Source of the DNA: an uncultured Verrucomicrobiae bacterium
GTDB lineage: Bacteria; Verrucomicrobiota; Verrucomicrobiia; Limisphaerales; Palsa-1400
Length of the DNA: 64,000 bases
Assembly: GCA_963707025.1 (NCBI GenBank)
Contig: CAVPOM010000004.1
Coordinates: forward strand, 576,001-640,000
Reading direction: 5' to 3'
The notes under the pieces were generated by a model that was not told where the DNA came from, did no database searches, and was given only the letters and a program-made list of their open reading frames with translations. Below are positions 52,792 through 62,866 of this stretch, piece after piece; position 1 is the stretch's first letter, and the number at the start of each line of letters is the position of its first letter. The translations under genes and the position numbers were made by a program.

Positions 52792-53604
52792 TCAGAGCCT
52801 GGGCAAGGATTCCGTTTGGAACTTCTGGTCGAGTTCGACGAACGCGGGATGATGGCCCGGCCAGAAGGAAGCGCGCTTGGTCGGTTTTGGAAACAGATGC
52901 GAATCGAACCGCAGCAACCGGTTCATTTGGTGGAAGGCGAGGCCATCCATCCTTAGGAGATTCTCGATCTCCTGGCCCGTGCGAGAGGTCGTCCCGGCCC
53001 GGTCGCTCTTGGCCCGGAAGGCCGCGTGGTTCATGAGGTTGACCACTCCGGCCTGCCAGTCCAGTTGCTGGTAGTAGTAGGACCGCATCAGCTCCGGCCC
53101 GAGATCACACTCCGACTGGCTGAGGTGGTTGGACAGACGCAGGTTTCCGCCCAGCCAGGAGTGCGTCAGGTGGTTGGCGAGCGGGTAAGCGCGGAAGTTG
53201 GGGTCGGCAGAAATATTTTGGATGAGGCGCATGAAATTGGAGTAGTAGGGCTCGACGCGCTGGAAATAATTGAATCCCCGGATGGCGGCGTGCTGGGTGA
53301 AAACGGCGTAGGAGCTGAGATCGCCGGGCCGGTCCAGTTCCATTCGCCAATGGGTCAGGACGATGGCGAAGACCAAGGGCTGCATGGGAGCCGGCAGGGA
53401 GAAGGGCAGGCCATCGTGGGTGACCGCCCCCCGGAGCAGGCAGGTGGCGTCTTCAAATCCCTCCCGGTCCAGCCCCAACTCCTGTTGCAAGGCTGGGTCC
53501 AGGGTGGCGTAAGCGCAAGTTTCGCTGCGACGGGCGACGACTCGCTGGCCGTTGGGCAACAGCATGGCCCTGTCCTCCTGGTCGTGCAGAGTGAAGTCCT
53601 GCAT
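52792..53604 (-). CDS. Hypothetical protein (possibly 5'-truncated)
   Basis: 270 aa ORF with G/C-ending codons; no motif recognised. Confidence 0.55.
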   Translation of the reverse strand: MQDFTLHDQEDRAMLLPNGQRVVARRSETCAYATLDPALQQELGLDREGFEDATCLLRGAVTHDGLPFSLPAPMQPLVFAIVLTHWRMELDRPGDLSSYAVFTQHAAIRGFNYFQRVEPYYSNFMRLIQNISADPNFRAYPLANHLTHSWLGGNLRLSNHLSQSECDLGPELMRSYYYQQLDWQAGVVNLMNHAAFRAKSDRAGTTSRTGQEIENLLRMDGLAFHQMNRLLRFDSHLFPKPTKRASFWPGHHPAFVELDQKFQTESLPRL

Positions 53605-54005
53605 AGAGTCGCCTGCCGCTCGGAATGGGTATCCGTAATAACGATCCCCGTTAGCGCCTCAGCGTCGTGGGCCAGCCTGGGGTGCTCCAGCTTGGGGCAG
53701 GGGCGACAGATTTCCCGCAAAATGAGAATGCGCTCTGTTTCCGTGAGACGCTCGAACACACACAGGAAATTCTGGAGTGAACCAGCAAGTTTACCGTGGA
53801 ACCAGTCATGGATGGTGCTCTTGGCAACACCGAGCATGTGCCCGACCTGTTTTTGCTGGAGTTGCTGCCCGGGGGAGCATTCTGCGCGATCCAGGGCTTG
53901 CTTGAGGGTGCGAACGACTGCGCTGCCGGATTTGTGATATGCCGGTGCAAGGAGGAGTCCATTTGAGGACTGAAAGTTCTGCTGAGCCAATTTTGTAAGT
54001 TTCAT
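53355..54005 (-). pseudogene. Truncated paralog of the 34934-35836 HTH protein
   Basis: VGHMLGVAKSTIHDWF...FLCVFERL...CRPCPKLEHPRLA aligns with LAKMLGRSKSTTYNWF...FLCLLERL...CRAYPTLDDPRLA; similarity ends near 53620. Confidence 0.65.
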
Positions 54006-54154
54006 GCCCTCATTTTGGCTAGGAACGCGCCTGGAGATTCCGGGCCTGAATGCGCGTGACCGGGGGTCTCCCGCCGGCTTGAGGGAAGAGCGGCAGGATT
54101 CTCCCAATCCGGTATACCGGATTGGACTTTTAAGTTCCCGCGCAGTCCCCACCA

Positions 54155-54739
54155 TTGCGCGAAATGAAAAATCGATCTAAAGCATTGAAGTCCAAACGTG
54201 GGAATCCTCCATTAAAGGGCGGAGGGAACCCGGAACGGCCAACAAGAATCGTTGAGTCGGCCCCAACAACCAACCGCGAGCGGCGCAAGCAGCACCCGGA
54301 GATTGTCACCGGCCGAACAATCTTACCACCGATCCGTGTCGCCGCTTACGTGAGAACGGCCAGGCAGCAGCCGCACTTGGCCAGCAACCAAATGGACGCC
54401 ATCAGGGATTATGCGAAACGCCATGGAATGCAAATCGTCAAAGAATATTCTGACGAGGGCAAGAGTGGTGTGAATATCCAGGACCGCGAATCTTTGGCGC
54501 AGATGATTCGGGATCTCCAAAATGGGCAAATCAATTTCTCAGCCATCCTCCTGCATGACGTCAGCCGGTGGGGCCGATTTCAGGATGCCGATGAGAGCGC
54601 CTATTATGAATACATCTGCCGCCGCACCGGAGTCTCGGTTCATTATTGCGACGAGGACCCCGAAAGTCAGGGCATCGTCGTTTCCACGATTGTCAAACGA
54701 CTCAAAGAATCCATCCGCGCAAATGAAAATGGTCACTGA
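54155..54739 (+). pseudogene. Partial duplicate of the serine recombinase catalytic domain, lacking the catalytic Ser
   Basis: AAYVRTA versus AAYVRMS; YSDEGKSG and DVSRWGRFQ retained; truncated after STIVK. Confidence 0.8.
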
Positions 54740-54850
54740 ATTAACTCCGAGTGATAAACACCGCACCCCTGGAGGCGCCCGCTTCAAAACCAGGGAACGG
54801 AAAAGCCGCGATTTTGCCTTTGGCACTCGTGACAATGAGCTTTATTTTCC

Positions 54851-56398
54851 ATGAGCACCAGCCGAACAGTTTTGCCACCCAACAATGCCGCCGCTTATGT
54901 GAGGATGTCCACGGAGCACCAGCAGTACTCCACCAGCAACCAAATGGACGTGATTCGGGAATATGCCAAGCGCCGCGGTTTGGAGATCGTGATGCTCTAT
55001 TCCGATGAGGGGAAGAGCGGTCTGAATATCCAAGGGCGAGACTCCCTGGCGCAGATGTTCAAGGATGTCCAGAGTGGAGAGGCGCAATACTCCTGCATTC
55101 TGGTGTACGATGTCAGCCGATGGGGCCGGTTCCAGAATGCCGACGAAAGCGCCTATTACGAGTACATTTGCCGGCTGGCGGGAGTCTCGGTCCATTATTG
55201 CGCGGAGCAGTTCGAAAACGATGGGAGTCCGATTTCCACAATAGTGAAGGGCGTCAAGCGCGCCATGGCGGGTGAATACAGCCGGGAACTTTCGTGCAAG
55301 GTATTCCAGGGCGCCTGCCGTTTAATCCAGAGGGGTTTCAAGCAGGGCGGCACTGCCGGGTTCGGGCTGCGCCGGATGCTGGTGGACCAAGCTGGGCAAC
55401 AGAAGGCCATGCTCAAAATGGGTGAGCAGAAGAGCCTGCAGACGGACCGGGTAATTCTGGTCTTGGGGCCGGAGGAGGAAGTGAAGATGGTGCGCTGGAT
55501 CTACCAAGTATTTCTGGAGGAGGAAAAACCGGAATCGGAAATCGCGGCGGCGCTGAACGCCCAGGGGGTTTTAACAGATTTCGGACGAGCATGGACGAGA
55601 GGGACCATTCACCAGGTGCTCACGAACGAGAAATATATCGGCAACAATGTTTATCACCGCACCTCCTTCAAACTGAAGCGAAAGCATGTGACAAATCCGC
55701 CGGAGCAATGGATCAGAGCGGAAGGAGCGTTCGCCGGCATCATTGAACCCGGAATATTCTCCCGGGTGCGGGAGATTATCCTGGCCCGCAGCCAGAGATT
55801 TACCGACGAGCAAATGCTGGAAAAGTTGCGCGTCTTGCTGGAGCAGCACGGCCGCATCAGCGGCTTCATCATCGACGAGGCTGACGACCTCCCTTCGAGC
55901 ACGGCGTTCCGTCACCGCTTTGGCAGCCTGGTGTCGGCTTACCGGCTGATTGGCTATGACCCGGAGATCGACTACAGCTTTATCGAAACCAACCGCAAGC
56001 TGCGCAAGCAGCACCCGGAGATCGTCGCGTCGGTGGTTCGCCAGATCCAAGCGCTCGGTGCGGTTGCGACGTTGGATGAGAAAACCGGTTTGCTTCACTT
56101 GAACCAGGAGTTGCGAGTATCCATCGTGCTTTGCCGGCACATCGCCACCGACGCAGGCGCCTCGCGGTGGCTGGTGCGACTGGACGAAGGGTTGAAACCG
56201 GACATTACGATTGCGGCGCGGATGGATGCCACAAACGAGGGCATCCGCGATTACTATTTATTGCCCGGCATTGACATGACTTGGGAAAATTTGCGCCTTG
56301 CTGAGGAAAACGGTGTCTATCTGGATGCGTACCGGTTTGGGACGCTGGATTACTTTTTCGGCATGGCGAAGCGCGTAAAACTCCAGGAGGCTGCATGA
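54851..56398 (+). CDS. Large serine recombinase
   Basis: YVRMSTEHQ, DVSRWGRFQ, MAGEYSRELS, recombinase domain with LTNEKYIG. Confidence 0.93.
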   Translation: MSTSRTVLPPNNAAAYVRMSTEHQQYSTSNQMDVIREYAKRRGLEIVMLYSDEGKSGLNIQGRDSLAQMFKDVQSGEAQYSCILVYDVSRWGRFQNADESAYYEYICRLAGVSVHYCAEQFENDGSPISTIVKGVKRAMAGEYSRELSCKVFQGACRLIQRGFKQGGTAGFGLRRMLVDQAGQQKAMLKMGEQKSLQTDRVILVLGPEEEVKMVRWIYQVFLEEEKPESEIAAALNAQGVLTDFGRAWTRGTIHQVLTNEKYIGNNVYHRTSFKLKRKHVTNPPEQWIRAEGAFAGIIEPGIFSRVREIILARSQRFTDEQMLEKLRVLLEQHGRISGFIIDEADDLPSSTAFRHRFGSLVSAYRLIGYDPEIDYSFIETNRKLRKQHPEIVASVVRQIQALGAVATLDEKTGLLHLNQELRVSIVLCRHIATDAGASRWLVRLDEGLKPDITIAARMDATNEGIRDYYLLPGIDMTWENLRLAEENGVYLDAYRFGTLDYFFGMAKRVKLQEAA

Positions 56399-57282
56399 AT
56401 AATGAAATAATAATGATCCCCATCGATCGAATTCGTGTCCTGAACCCGAGACCTCGGGACAAAAAGAAATTCGAGCAAATTATACAGAGCATCAAGAACC
56501 TCGGCCTGAAGAAGCCGATCCAGGTCAGCCTGCGGTCGGCCGAGGAAGGAACCGAGCCCGGATACGATTTGGTATGCGGGCAGGGGCGAATGGAGGCCTT
56601 TCTCGCCCTCGGACACAAAGAAATCCCGGCAATCGTGGTCGAGGTATCGAGGGAGGAACGACTGCTGCGCAGCCTGGTCGAGAACATGGCCCGCCGCCTG
56701 CCGTCTCGGCTGGCGCTGATGAATGAAATCGAGCGACTGAAGGCCGACGGCTACAGCAACGTCGAAATCGGGAAAAAGCTGGATATTGCGGACGGCACCG
56801 TTGGCGGGTACATCGCTTTGAAGAAGGCCGGCGAAGAACGGCTGCTGGACGCGGCCATCAACGGGAAGATCCCGTTGGGCGTCGCGATGGACATAGCCAA
56901 GGCGAACAGCCCGGAACTACAGCGGGAGCTGCTCAAGGGGTTCGAGAGCAAGGAACTGAACCAGTTCGCCATTCGCACCGTAAAGCGGCTGATCGACCAG
57001 CGGCGCTTTGTCGGAAAAGGGCGTGACACCGACGCCGACAAGAAAAAGAGCCGAACCAATGCAGACAGCTTGATCAACGCCTTCAAGCGAGAAAGCCAGA
57101 AACAGAGGCTCATGGTCAAGAAAGCCAGGCTTTGTGACGCGAAACTCGTGATTACCGTCACAGCCTTGGGCAAGCTGTTGGGCGATGAGAATTTCTTTAA
57201 TCTTCTGCGGGCCGAGTCGCTCGCCGATATTCCACGGTATTTGCAGGACAAACTGGCGGCCATGAAAAAGGAGGCAGCATGA
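56395..57282 (+). CDS. ParB N-terminal / RepB C-terminal domain protein
   Basis: SIKNLGLKKPI, LVCGQGRMEA, SLVENMARR, HTH; ATGA coupled. Confidence 0.85.
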   Translation: MNNEIIMIPIDRIRVLNPRPRDKKKFEQIIQSIKNLGLKKPIQVSLRSAEEGTEPGYDLVCGQGRMEAFLALGHKEIPAIVVEVSREERLLRSLVENMARRLPSRLALMNEIERLKADGYSNVEIGKKLDIADGTVGGYIALKKAGEERLLDAAINGKIPLGVAMDIAKANSPELQRELLKGFESKELNQFAIRTVKRLIDQRRFVGKGRDTDADKKKSRTNADSLINAFKRESQKQRLMVKKARLCDAKLVITVTALGKLLGDENFFNLLRAESLADIPRYLQDKLAAMKKEAA

Positions 57283-58154
57283 GTGACATGAAACTGGCAT
57301 TTGAAATGGGGAGAATCCGACTGTCGCTCGCCGACATTCTGCCGGCGCGGCTGATAAAGGCCCCGCAACACAACATCAAGCGGTTCAGGACCATCCGGGC
57401 GTCGATCAAAGAGGTTGGCCTGGTTGAGCCGCTGGTGGTCTATCCGCAAAAGGGCATGCCCGGGAAATATTTGCTCCTTGACGGCCACCTGCGTTTTTTT
57501 GCCTTGAAAGACCTGGGCGAGACGGAGGCCGAGTGCATCATCGCCAGCGATGACGAATGCTTCACGTACAATGCCAGGGTCAACCGGCTGAATCCGATCG
57601 CCGAACACAAAATGATCATGAAAGCCGTGCAGGCAGGGGTGAGGCCGGAGCGCATCGCGGCGACGCTGAATCTGGCGGTGAGCGAAGTGAAGTCCTGCAT
57701 GAAGCTGCTGGATGGCATAAACGAGGAGGCCGTGGACCTGTTGAAAGACAAAGTGATTTCGCCGAATGCGATCCGGCTGTTGAAAAAAGTGACCGGCCTT
57801 CGCCAGATCGAAATTGCGGAATTGATGGTGAGCGCAAACAATTTCACCAAGGTCTACGCAGAGGCTCTGGTGCTGGGAACGCCGAAGGACGAGCTTGTCA
57901 ATCCGGAGGTGCCGAAGAAGAAGCAGGGAATGACGCGCGAGCAGATCGCGAAAATGGAGCTGGAAATGGAGACGATCGAGCGCGACCTGAAGGCCGTGGA
58001 GAAGTCTTACGGGGAAAACATGCTGAGCCTGACCGTGGTCCGTGGATACATCAAGCGACTGTTGGAGAATGCCAAAGTGGTGAAGTTTTTGGCCGGCAAC
58101 CACCGGGAAATTCTGTCGGAATTTGAATCAACCGCCGCCTCCGAGATGGTCTGA
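57279..58154 (+). CDS. Second ParB/RepB-like protein
   Basis: SIKEVGLVEPL, LLDGHLR, DDECFTYN; ATGA coupled. Confidence 0.85.
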   Translation: MSDMKLAFEMGRIRLSLADILPARLIKAPQHNIKRFRTIRASIKEVGLVEPLVVYPQKGMPGKYLLLDGHLRFFALKDLGETEAECIIASDDECFTYNARVNRLNPIAEHKMIMKAVQAGVRPERIAATLNLAVSEVKSCMKLLDGINEEAVDLLKDKVISPNAIRLLKKVTGLRQIEIAELMVSANNFTKVYAEALVLGTPKDELVNPEVPKKKQGMTREQIAKMELEMETIERDLKAVEKSYGENMLSLTVVRGYIKRLLENAKVVKFLAGNHREILSEFESTAASEMV

Positions 58155-58434
58155 GGGGCTGACCAGGCTCCAACACCGATCCCAATACCATGCCTTTGCC
58201 GGGATGACATGCCTGATACTGCCGGGGGAACCACGAACTACTGCCCTCCGACCCGGAAGTGTGGCTCCCGATGTGCATGCGCCGTTTCGGGCAGGCTTGG
58301 CCCAACGCTTCGGCTGACGCGCGAAAGTCCCATGGATCTGCCCAATGTTGCGGGCTTGGCTTTCCTCTGACTCGCTGATATGCAGGTAGCGGAGCAAATC
58401 AAAATCGTTGAAGGTGCAACAACGCAATAATAAT

Positions 58435-59205
58435 ATGCCAATTGGCGATAAGATCATTTTAAGACAAGTTCTGCGGGATGAGTGTCTGCCGGCGCTCGCC
58501 AGGCAGGCGGCGTATTTCAGTGTGGCGGATGTTCGGGACTGGTTGCGACTGCGCAACCTCACTTGTCCGCCCGCGTTGCTGCGCGAGTATCTGTCCGCGT
58601 TCATGCGCGGCGGGGTCATTCACGACGCTGGGCGCGGCTGGTATTCCCGCATCGCCGAACCCTGCGCGCTCAACGAGAAACCCGTCGCCAGGCTGTCCAA
58701 GGAGGTGGCAAAGGCGTTTCCCCTGCTGGACTTCACCTGCTGGTCCACGGAACAGCTTCGCAGCTACGGGCATCTCCTGCTCGCCCGCTTCGCCGCGTTC
58801 ATCCACACGGAACGCGACGCGATGTCGAGCGTTGCAGCGCGGCTTCGGGATAACGGCTACGACATCCACCTGAACCCGCGCGGGGCGGCGGCACGGCAGT
58901 TTGCCATCCGCGAGCGCACCGTGGTCATCCGCCCCAAGCCGACTACGCAGCCGCACGACGGGCATCTGGTGACCGTGGAGGGGTTGCTGGTGGAGTTGTT
59001 CATGGAAGTCCGGGCGCTGGGCTTGATGGATGAGGGCGAGTATTTCCGCATGTTCGACAATCTCGCTGGCTACTCGCGAATTTCGCTGGCCCGATTGCTG
59101 GATTATGCGCGCGAGCGCCGCCCTGCCGGGCTGGAATTGCAACGACACATTAAAGCGGAGTTTTTGAAAAACTCCGCGTTAGCTGGTTCTGATGACAAGC
59201 CATGA
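58435..59205 (+). CDS. Putative AbiEi-like antitoxin (winged HTH)
   Basis: N-terminal wHTH ending GRGWY; C-terminal EGLLVEL and LLDYARER; coupled to an AbiEii-like gene. Confidence 0.65.
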   Translation: MPIGDKIILRQVLRDECLPALARQAAYFSVADVRDWLRLRNLTCPPALLREYLSAFMRGGVIHDAGRGWYSRIAEPCALNEKPVARLSKEVAKAFPLLDFTCWSTEQLRSYGHLLLARFAAFIHTERDAMSSVAARLRDNGYDIHLNPRGAAARQFAIRERTVVIRPKPTTQPHDGHLVTVEGLLVELFMEVRALGLMDEGEYFRMFDNLAGYSRISLARLLDYARERRPAGLELQRHIKAEFLKNSALAGSDDKP

Positions 59206-60287
59206 TTTCGCCCGAATGTTTTGGAAGACAGTGGATTTTGAGAAAAGCTTCCGAAATCGGATGCCGGAATCCGGTGATGCTGGAGAAGACCATCGTCGCA
59301 CTCCAGCTTCTGGGCCATTTGGCGGAAAGCGGATTACCCATCCAATTTAAGGGCGGATCGAGCCTGCTCCTGCGCCTGAATCCCATCCGGCGTTTGTCCA
59401 TTGACGTGGACATTGTCACGCAGGCGAAGGCGGAGGAGTTGATCGCCGTTCTGAAACGGGTGAGCCATCTCATGCCGTTGGCCGGCTACACACACGATGC
59501 CCAGCGAGACAAAGAACTGCCGCCGAAAAAACATTTTCGCATCTTCTATCCGTCGGATGTCGAAGCAAAGAACGACCACGTTTTGCTCGACGTGCTCTTT
59601 GAATCACAGGCGCCAGCATATTGCGAACCGGTCATCATCAACACTCCGTTCATCACGCCGGAACGTGAAGTTCGCGTGCCCGTGCCGACAGTGAACAGCC
59701 TGCTCGGCGACAAACTCACGGCGTTCGCGCCGCGCACCATCGGCATCCTTTATGATCCGAAGCGCAAAACGGACATCGCGAAACAACTTTTCGATGTCGG
59801 AGTCCTATTCGACGCCGCCACCGATTTGAGCGTGGCCGCTGAAGTCTATGTTGCCACACACGCACGACAGATTGTTTATCGCAAGGCGGAATTCAGCCTC
59901 GCCGAGACTCTGAACGATTCCATCGAAGCCGGCCTCCTTTACAGCCAGATCGAATTGCGCGGCGGCGCAAAAACGGAGCACGGGCTGTTCTTGCAGGACG
60001 GCGTGACCGCGTTGCAAAACCATCTTGTGAACCAGCCATTCCGGCGCGACGAAGCCCGCATCGCCGCCGCCAAAGTCGCCTGTATCGCCGCGTGGATTCA
60101 GCGTCGCCCGGAGGGCGTGACCATTGAGCAATTGCGTTTTCAGCCCGACCGCATTGCTCAGTTGCGCGACTTGCAAATCCAAGCGCCCTGGTCGCCGTTG
60201 ACCCGGCTCAAAGGTGGCAACGCACAGGCATTTCATTACTGGTACCAAGCACAGCGCATTCTGACCGGCGGTTCGACGCCGGGCTGA
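59202..60287 (+). CDS. AbiEii/AbiGii-family nucleotidyltransferase toxin
   Basis: FKGGSSL, RLSIDVDI, GDKLTAF, KQLFD. Confidence 0.88.
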   Translation: MISPECFGRQWILRKASEIGCRNPVMLEKTIVALQLLGHLAESGLPIQFKGGSSLLLRLNPIRRLSIDVDIVTQAKAEELIAVLKRVSHLMPLAGYTHDAQRDKELPPKKHFRIFYPSDVEAKNDHVLLDVLFESQAPAYCEPVIINTPFITPEREVRVPVPTVNSLLGDKLTAFAPRTIGILYDPKRKTDIAKQLFDVGVLFDAATDLSVAAEVYVATHARQIVYRKAEFSLAETLNDSIEAGLLYSQIELRGGAKTEHGLFLQDGVTALQNHLVNQPFRRDEARIAAAKVACIAAWIQRRPEGVTIEQLRFQPDRIAQLRDLQIQAPWSPLTRLKGGNAQAFHYWYQAQRILTGGSTPG

Positions 60288-60684
60288 AGTTGCAAGGCGT
60301 TATGGGTTTTGTCCAACTGGGCGCGCAATCGCTCGCGCGCCAATTCGATCACCAGGCAGAATCAATTCGATGGCCACGACCCGCAGAACCCCGTGAACCG
60401 AATTTTAGGCGCGGCACTTTTCAGGGGCAAAGTTTGGCCAAACGGCCAAAAATCGGTTTGCGGCCCGCCTGCGCGTACCATTAGGGTGGTTCTGCCCGTA
60501 TTTTCCCAGGGATCGATTGAACCTGTCAATGTGTTTCACCGGATCCTCCTGGAGCCGCCCTGTCGCTTCCCATCAGATGGTCTGTCGTAGCCACGATGAT
60601 CCAATATCCGAATCCGGCCGGGGATATTCGCCCTGATCAACTCGATAACGAATTCACTCGCGCAATATATTCTGTCCGCGCAGT

Positions 60685-60900
60685 GCGGATTCCGACGCTT
60701 CAACAGCCACTCCTTCAACGCGTCCAAGCCGCCAATAGATTCCACCGATTCCCTTGTCCCGACCAGTTCCAAGAGGCCGTTTTTCTTCACTGCCTGAGCC
60801 TTTTCCCTCGCCACTATCTCCGGGTCAATTCCCTTCGATTCGACGACGGAGAGGGCAAAGGCGTTCTCTGCTTCAATTGTCGTTAGACCAGAAGCAGCAT
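60685..60900 (-). pseudogene. Internal fragment of a Ycf46-like AAA ATPase
   Basis: DAASGLTTIEAENAFALS...EKAQAVKKNGLLE...IGGLDALKEWLLKR; breaks off before Walker A. Confidence 0.75.
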
Positions 60901-61940
60901 CAATGCAAGAAGCGGGGCTTCAATTCTCGCAGGAGCCTGCGGAGCTGCCGTTCATCCGTCCGAGCATCCCAGCCAAGCTTGCCCATCACCCAGCTGGTGA
61001 GAGCAACTCCCTTCAGCCCAGCTGCCCTCGCCTGTCGCCAGAGCCGGAGCGCCCTCATGCCATCCTCGTATCGCGCCAACTGGCTGGCCGACAATTTCAC
61101 CCCCTGCCTGTGGACGTCGCGAGAGCGATGGAGGCGCGCAACGGCCTTCCATTTGAGGTCTCGCTTGTGGTCGAAACTCCAGTAACGCGGGATCAGGATC
61201 ATCGTTCCAAACGGGGCGACGTTCACGCTTAGCTTCAACAGGAGGGGGCGCTCCCACTCCATGCCGTAGAGCACCCACTTGTGGCAGAACGCGTCGAATG
61301 CCACGCGGAAACGATCCTCCCCAGTCTTCCACCGGAATTGCCAGCCCTCTGGGCGGAAGTTACGTTCCAAGGCCATTCGCCGGCGAAGGATGCCCTTTTT
61401 TTTGTCCCGATACTTGTCCACATCGAAGAGCTTTTTTAGGAGTTCCCAATCGTCTTTGAACTCCAGTTTCTGCGAGAGCATTTCCTCCTTCAGGTCGAAC
61501 TTGTGCTGCGCGGAGATCAGTCCCTCATAGCTGCCCACCTGCACGTCCCGTTCCTGTGCGGCGACCGCCTCCTGTTCGGTTTTCGATGGGAGATCGTTGA
61601 GCAACCCGGCCAGCAAACGCAACTGATCGGTCACGCGCCGCGCTGAGCAGATGGTGCCCAGGAGCAGTTCCAGCAATCCGTGGACGTCGATCGGCCACAA
61701 CGAATAAGGCACGAGCAGCCAGGCGTAAACCTGCTCAACCAAACCGAAGTCTGTGTGCCCGCGCGCGCTGGCGGGGAGGCAGTGAAACTGCCGCACAAGG
61801 TCGCCGCATTTCTCCCGGCGTCGGAATGCCAACTGATCAAGTCTCGCCAGATCTTCAGATTCTCTTGTGCTCATTGCATCCCATCTTACCCAAACCGACC
61901 CGCCACCGCGACCGAAAAGCCGGACACCGATTGTTCCCAA
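60900..61940 (-). CDS. Hypothetical protein
   Basis: 346 aa ORF with coding-like composition; start uncertain. Confidence 0.65.
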   Translation of the reverse strand: MGTIGVRLFGRGGGSVWVRWDAMSTRESEDLARLDQLAFRRREKCGDLVRQFHCLPASARGHTDFGLVEQVYAWLLVPYSLWPIDVHGLLELLLGTICSARRVTDQLRLLAGLLNDLPSKTEQEAVAAQERDVQVGSYEGLISAQHKFDLKEEMLSQKLEFKDDWELLKKLFDVDKYRDKKKGILRRRMALERNFRPEGWQFRWKTGEDRFRVAFDAFCHKWVLYGMEWERPLLLKLSVNVAPFGTMILIPRYWSFDHKRDLKWKAVARLHRSRDVHRQGVKLSASQLARYEDGMRALRLWRQARAAGLKGVALTSWVMGKLGWDARTDERQLRRLLRELKPRFLH

Positions 61941-62137
61941 TTGTTGTCCTTATTTGGCTGGCAATTTTGGGCGATGCTACACTCAGTCGGAAAACCCCGA
62001 TCCGCTCCGGGACTCGGAGTTGGACCGGCAGAGAAAGTCGTAATAACAATGATAATTGACAGAGCAAAACGCGCGGGATCACGGTGGAAGGCCGCCGGCC
62101 GCTGCGTCGTAGCGAAGGTCGCGCAGCATCTCGCCTT

Positions 62138-62809
62138 ATGAAGGAGTTCAGCCTCTACGACATACTCGGCGTGCTTGCGCCCGGCGCGGTATTGACAATC
62201 GGAATCATTACTGTGTTCCCCGATGCCGCTGCTGTTTTGGCGAACAAGAATTTCACGGTCGGGGACTTTGGCATCGTTCTCCTGGCTTCCTACGTCCTGG
62301 GTAATCTCGTGGCCGGGCTCGGGAATTTTCTTGAAAGCGCCTACTGGAGGATGCGCGGCGGCATCCCGACGGACTCCGCCATCAGAGGCGACTGCGAACT
62401 CATCCACGCGCGCGCGCAGCAGGCGCTTCAGGCAAGGCTGCAGGCCAGCCGGTTGATAGGAGCAAACGAGCGCCTGGTCAACCTGGCCCCCCGCGATTGG
62501 AAGGGATTGACGCGCCGGATATATATCGAGATGGAGAACCGAAAGGCAACACGGCGGATCAACGTGTTTAACGCCCAATACGGCATGAACCGCAGCATCG
62601 CTGCGGGATTTATCGCGCTGGTCGCGCTGGTCATTTTCCACGCCGGCCTCGCGGCCTGGCGGATAGAATTGATACTCGCTGCCTGCACGGCACTGGCCTG
62701 CTACCGAATGGAGCGGTTCAGCCGTTATTACGCGGGCGAACTCCTGCGCGGCTACATCACCGTTGGAGAGCCGGCCAAATCCCCGGAGCCGGCACCGGAA
62801 CTGGCATAA
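62138..62809 (+). CDS. Predicted four-helix membrane protein
   Basis: YDILGVLAPG start; two N-terminal and two C-terminal hydrophobic segments around a soluble loop. Confidence 0.75.
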   Translation: MKEFSLYDILGVLAPGAVLTIGIITVFPDAAAVLANKNFTVGDFGIVLLASYVLGNLVAGLGNFLESAYWRMRGGIPTDSAIRGDCELIHARAQQALQARLQASRLIGANERLVNLAPRDWKGLTRRIYIEMENRKATRRINVFNAQYGMNRSIAAGFIALVALVIFHAGLAAWRIELILAACTALACYRMERFSRYYAGELLRGYITVGEPAKSPEPAPELA

Positions 62810-62866
62810 ACATGCGACGCGACTTTGCTGACCAAACCTGAATTGACCAAGACTAAAACGACTATT

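Noticed and set aside
56751..58103. Long antisense ORFs (also 3109-4041, 5274-6302, 9058-10257, 47135-48238)
   Set aside because: They are shadows of well-supported genes on the opposite strand in GC-rich DNA.
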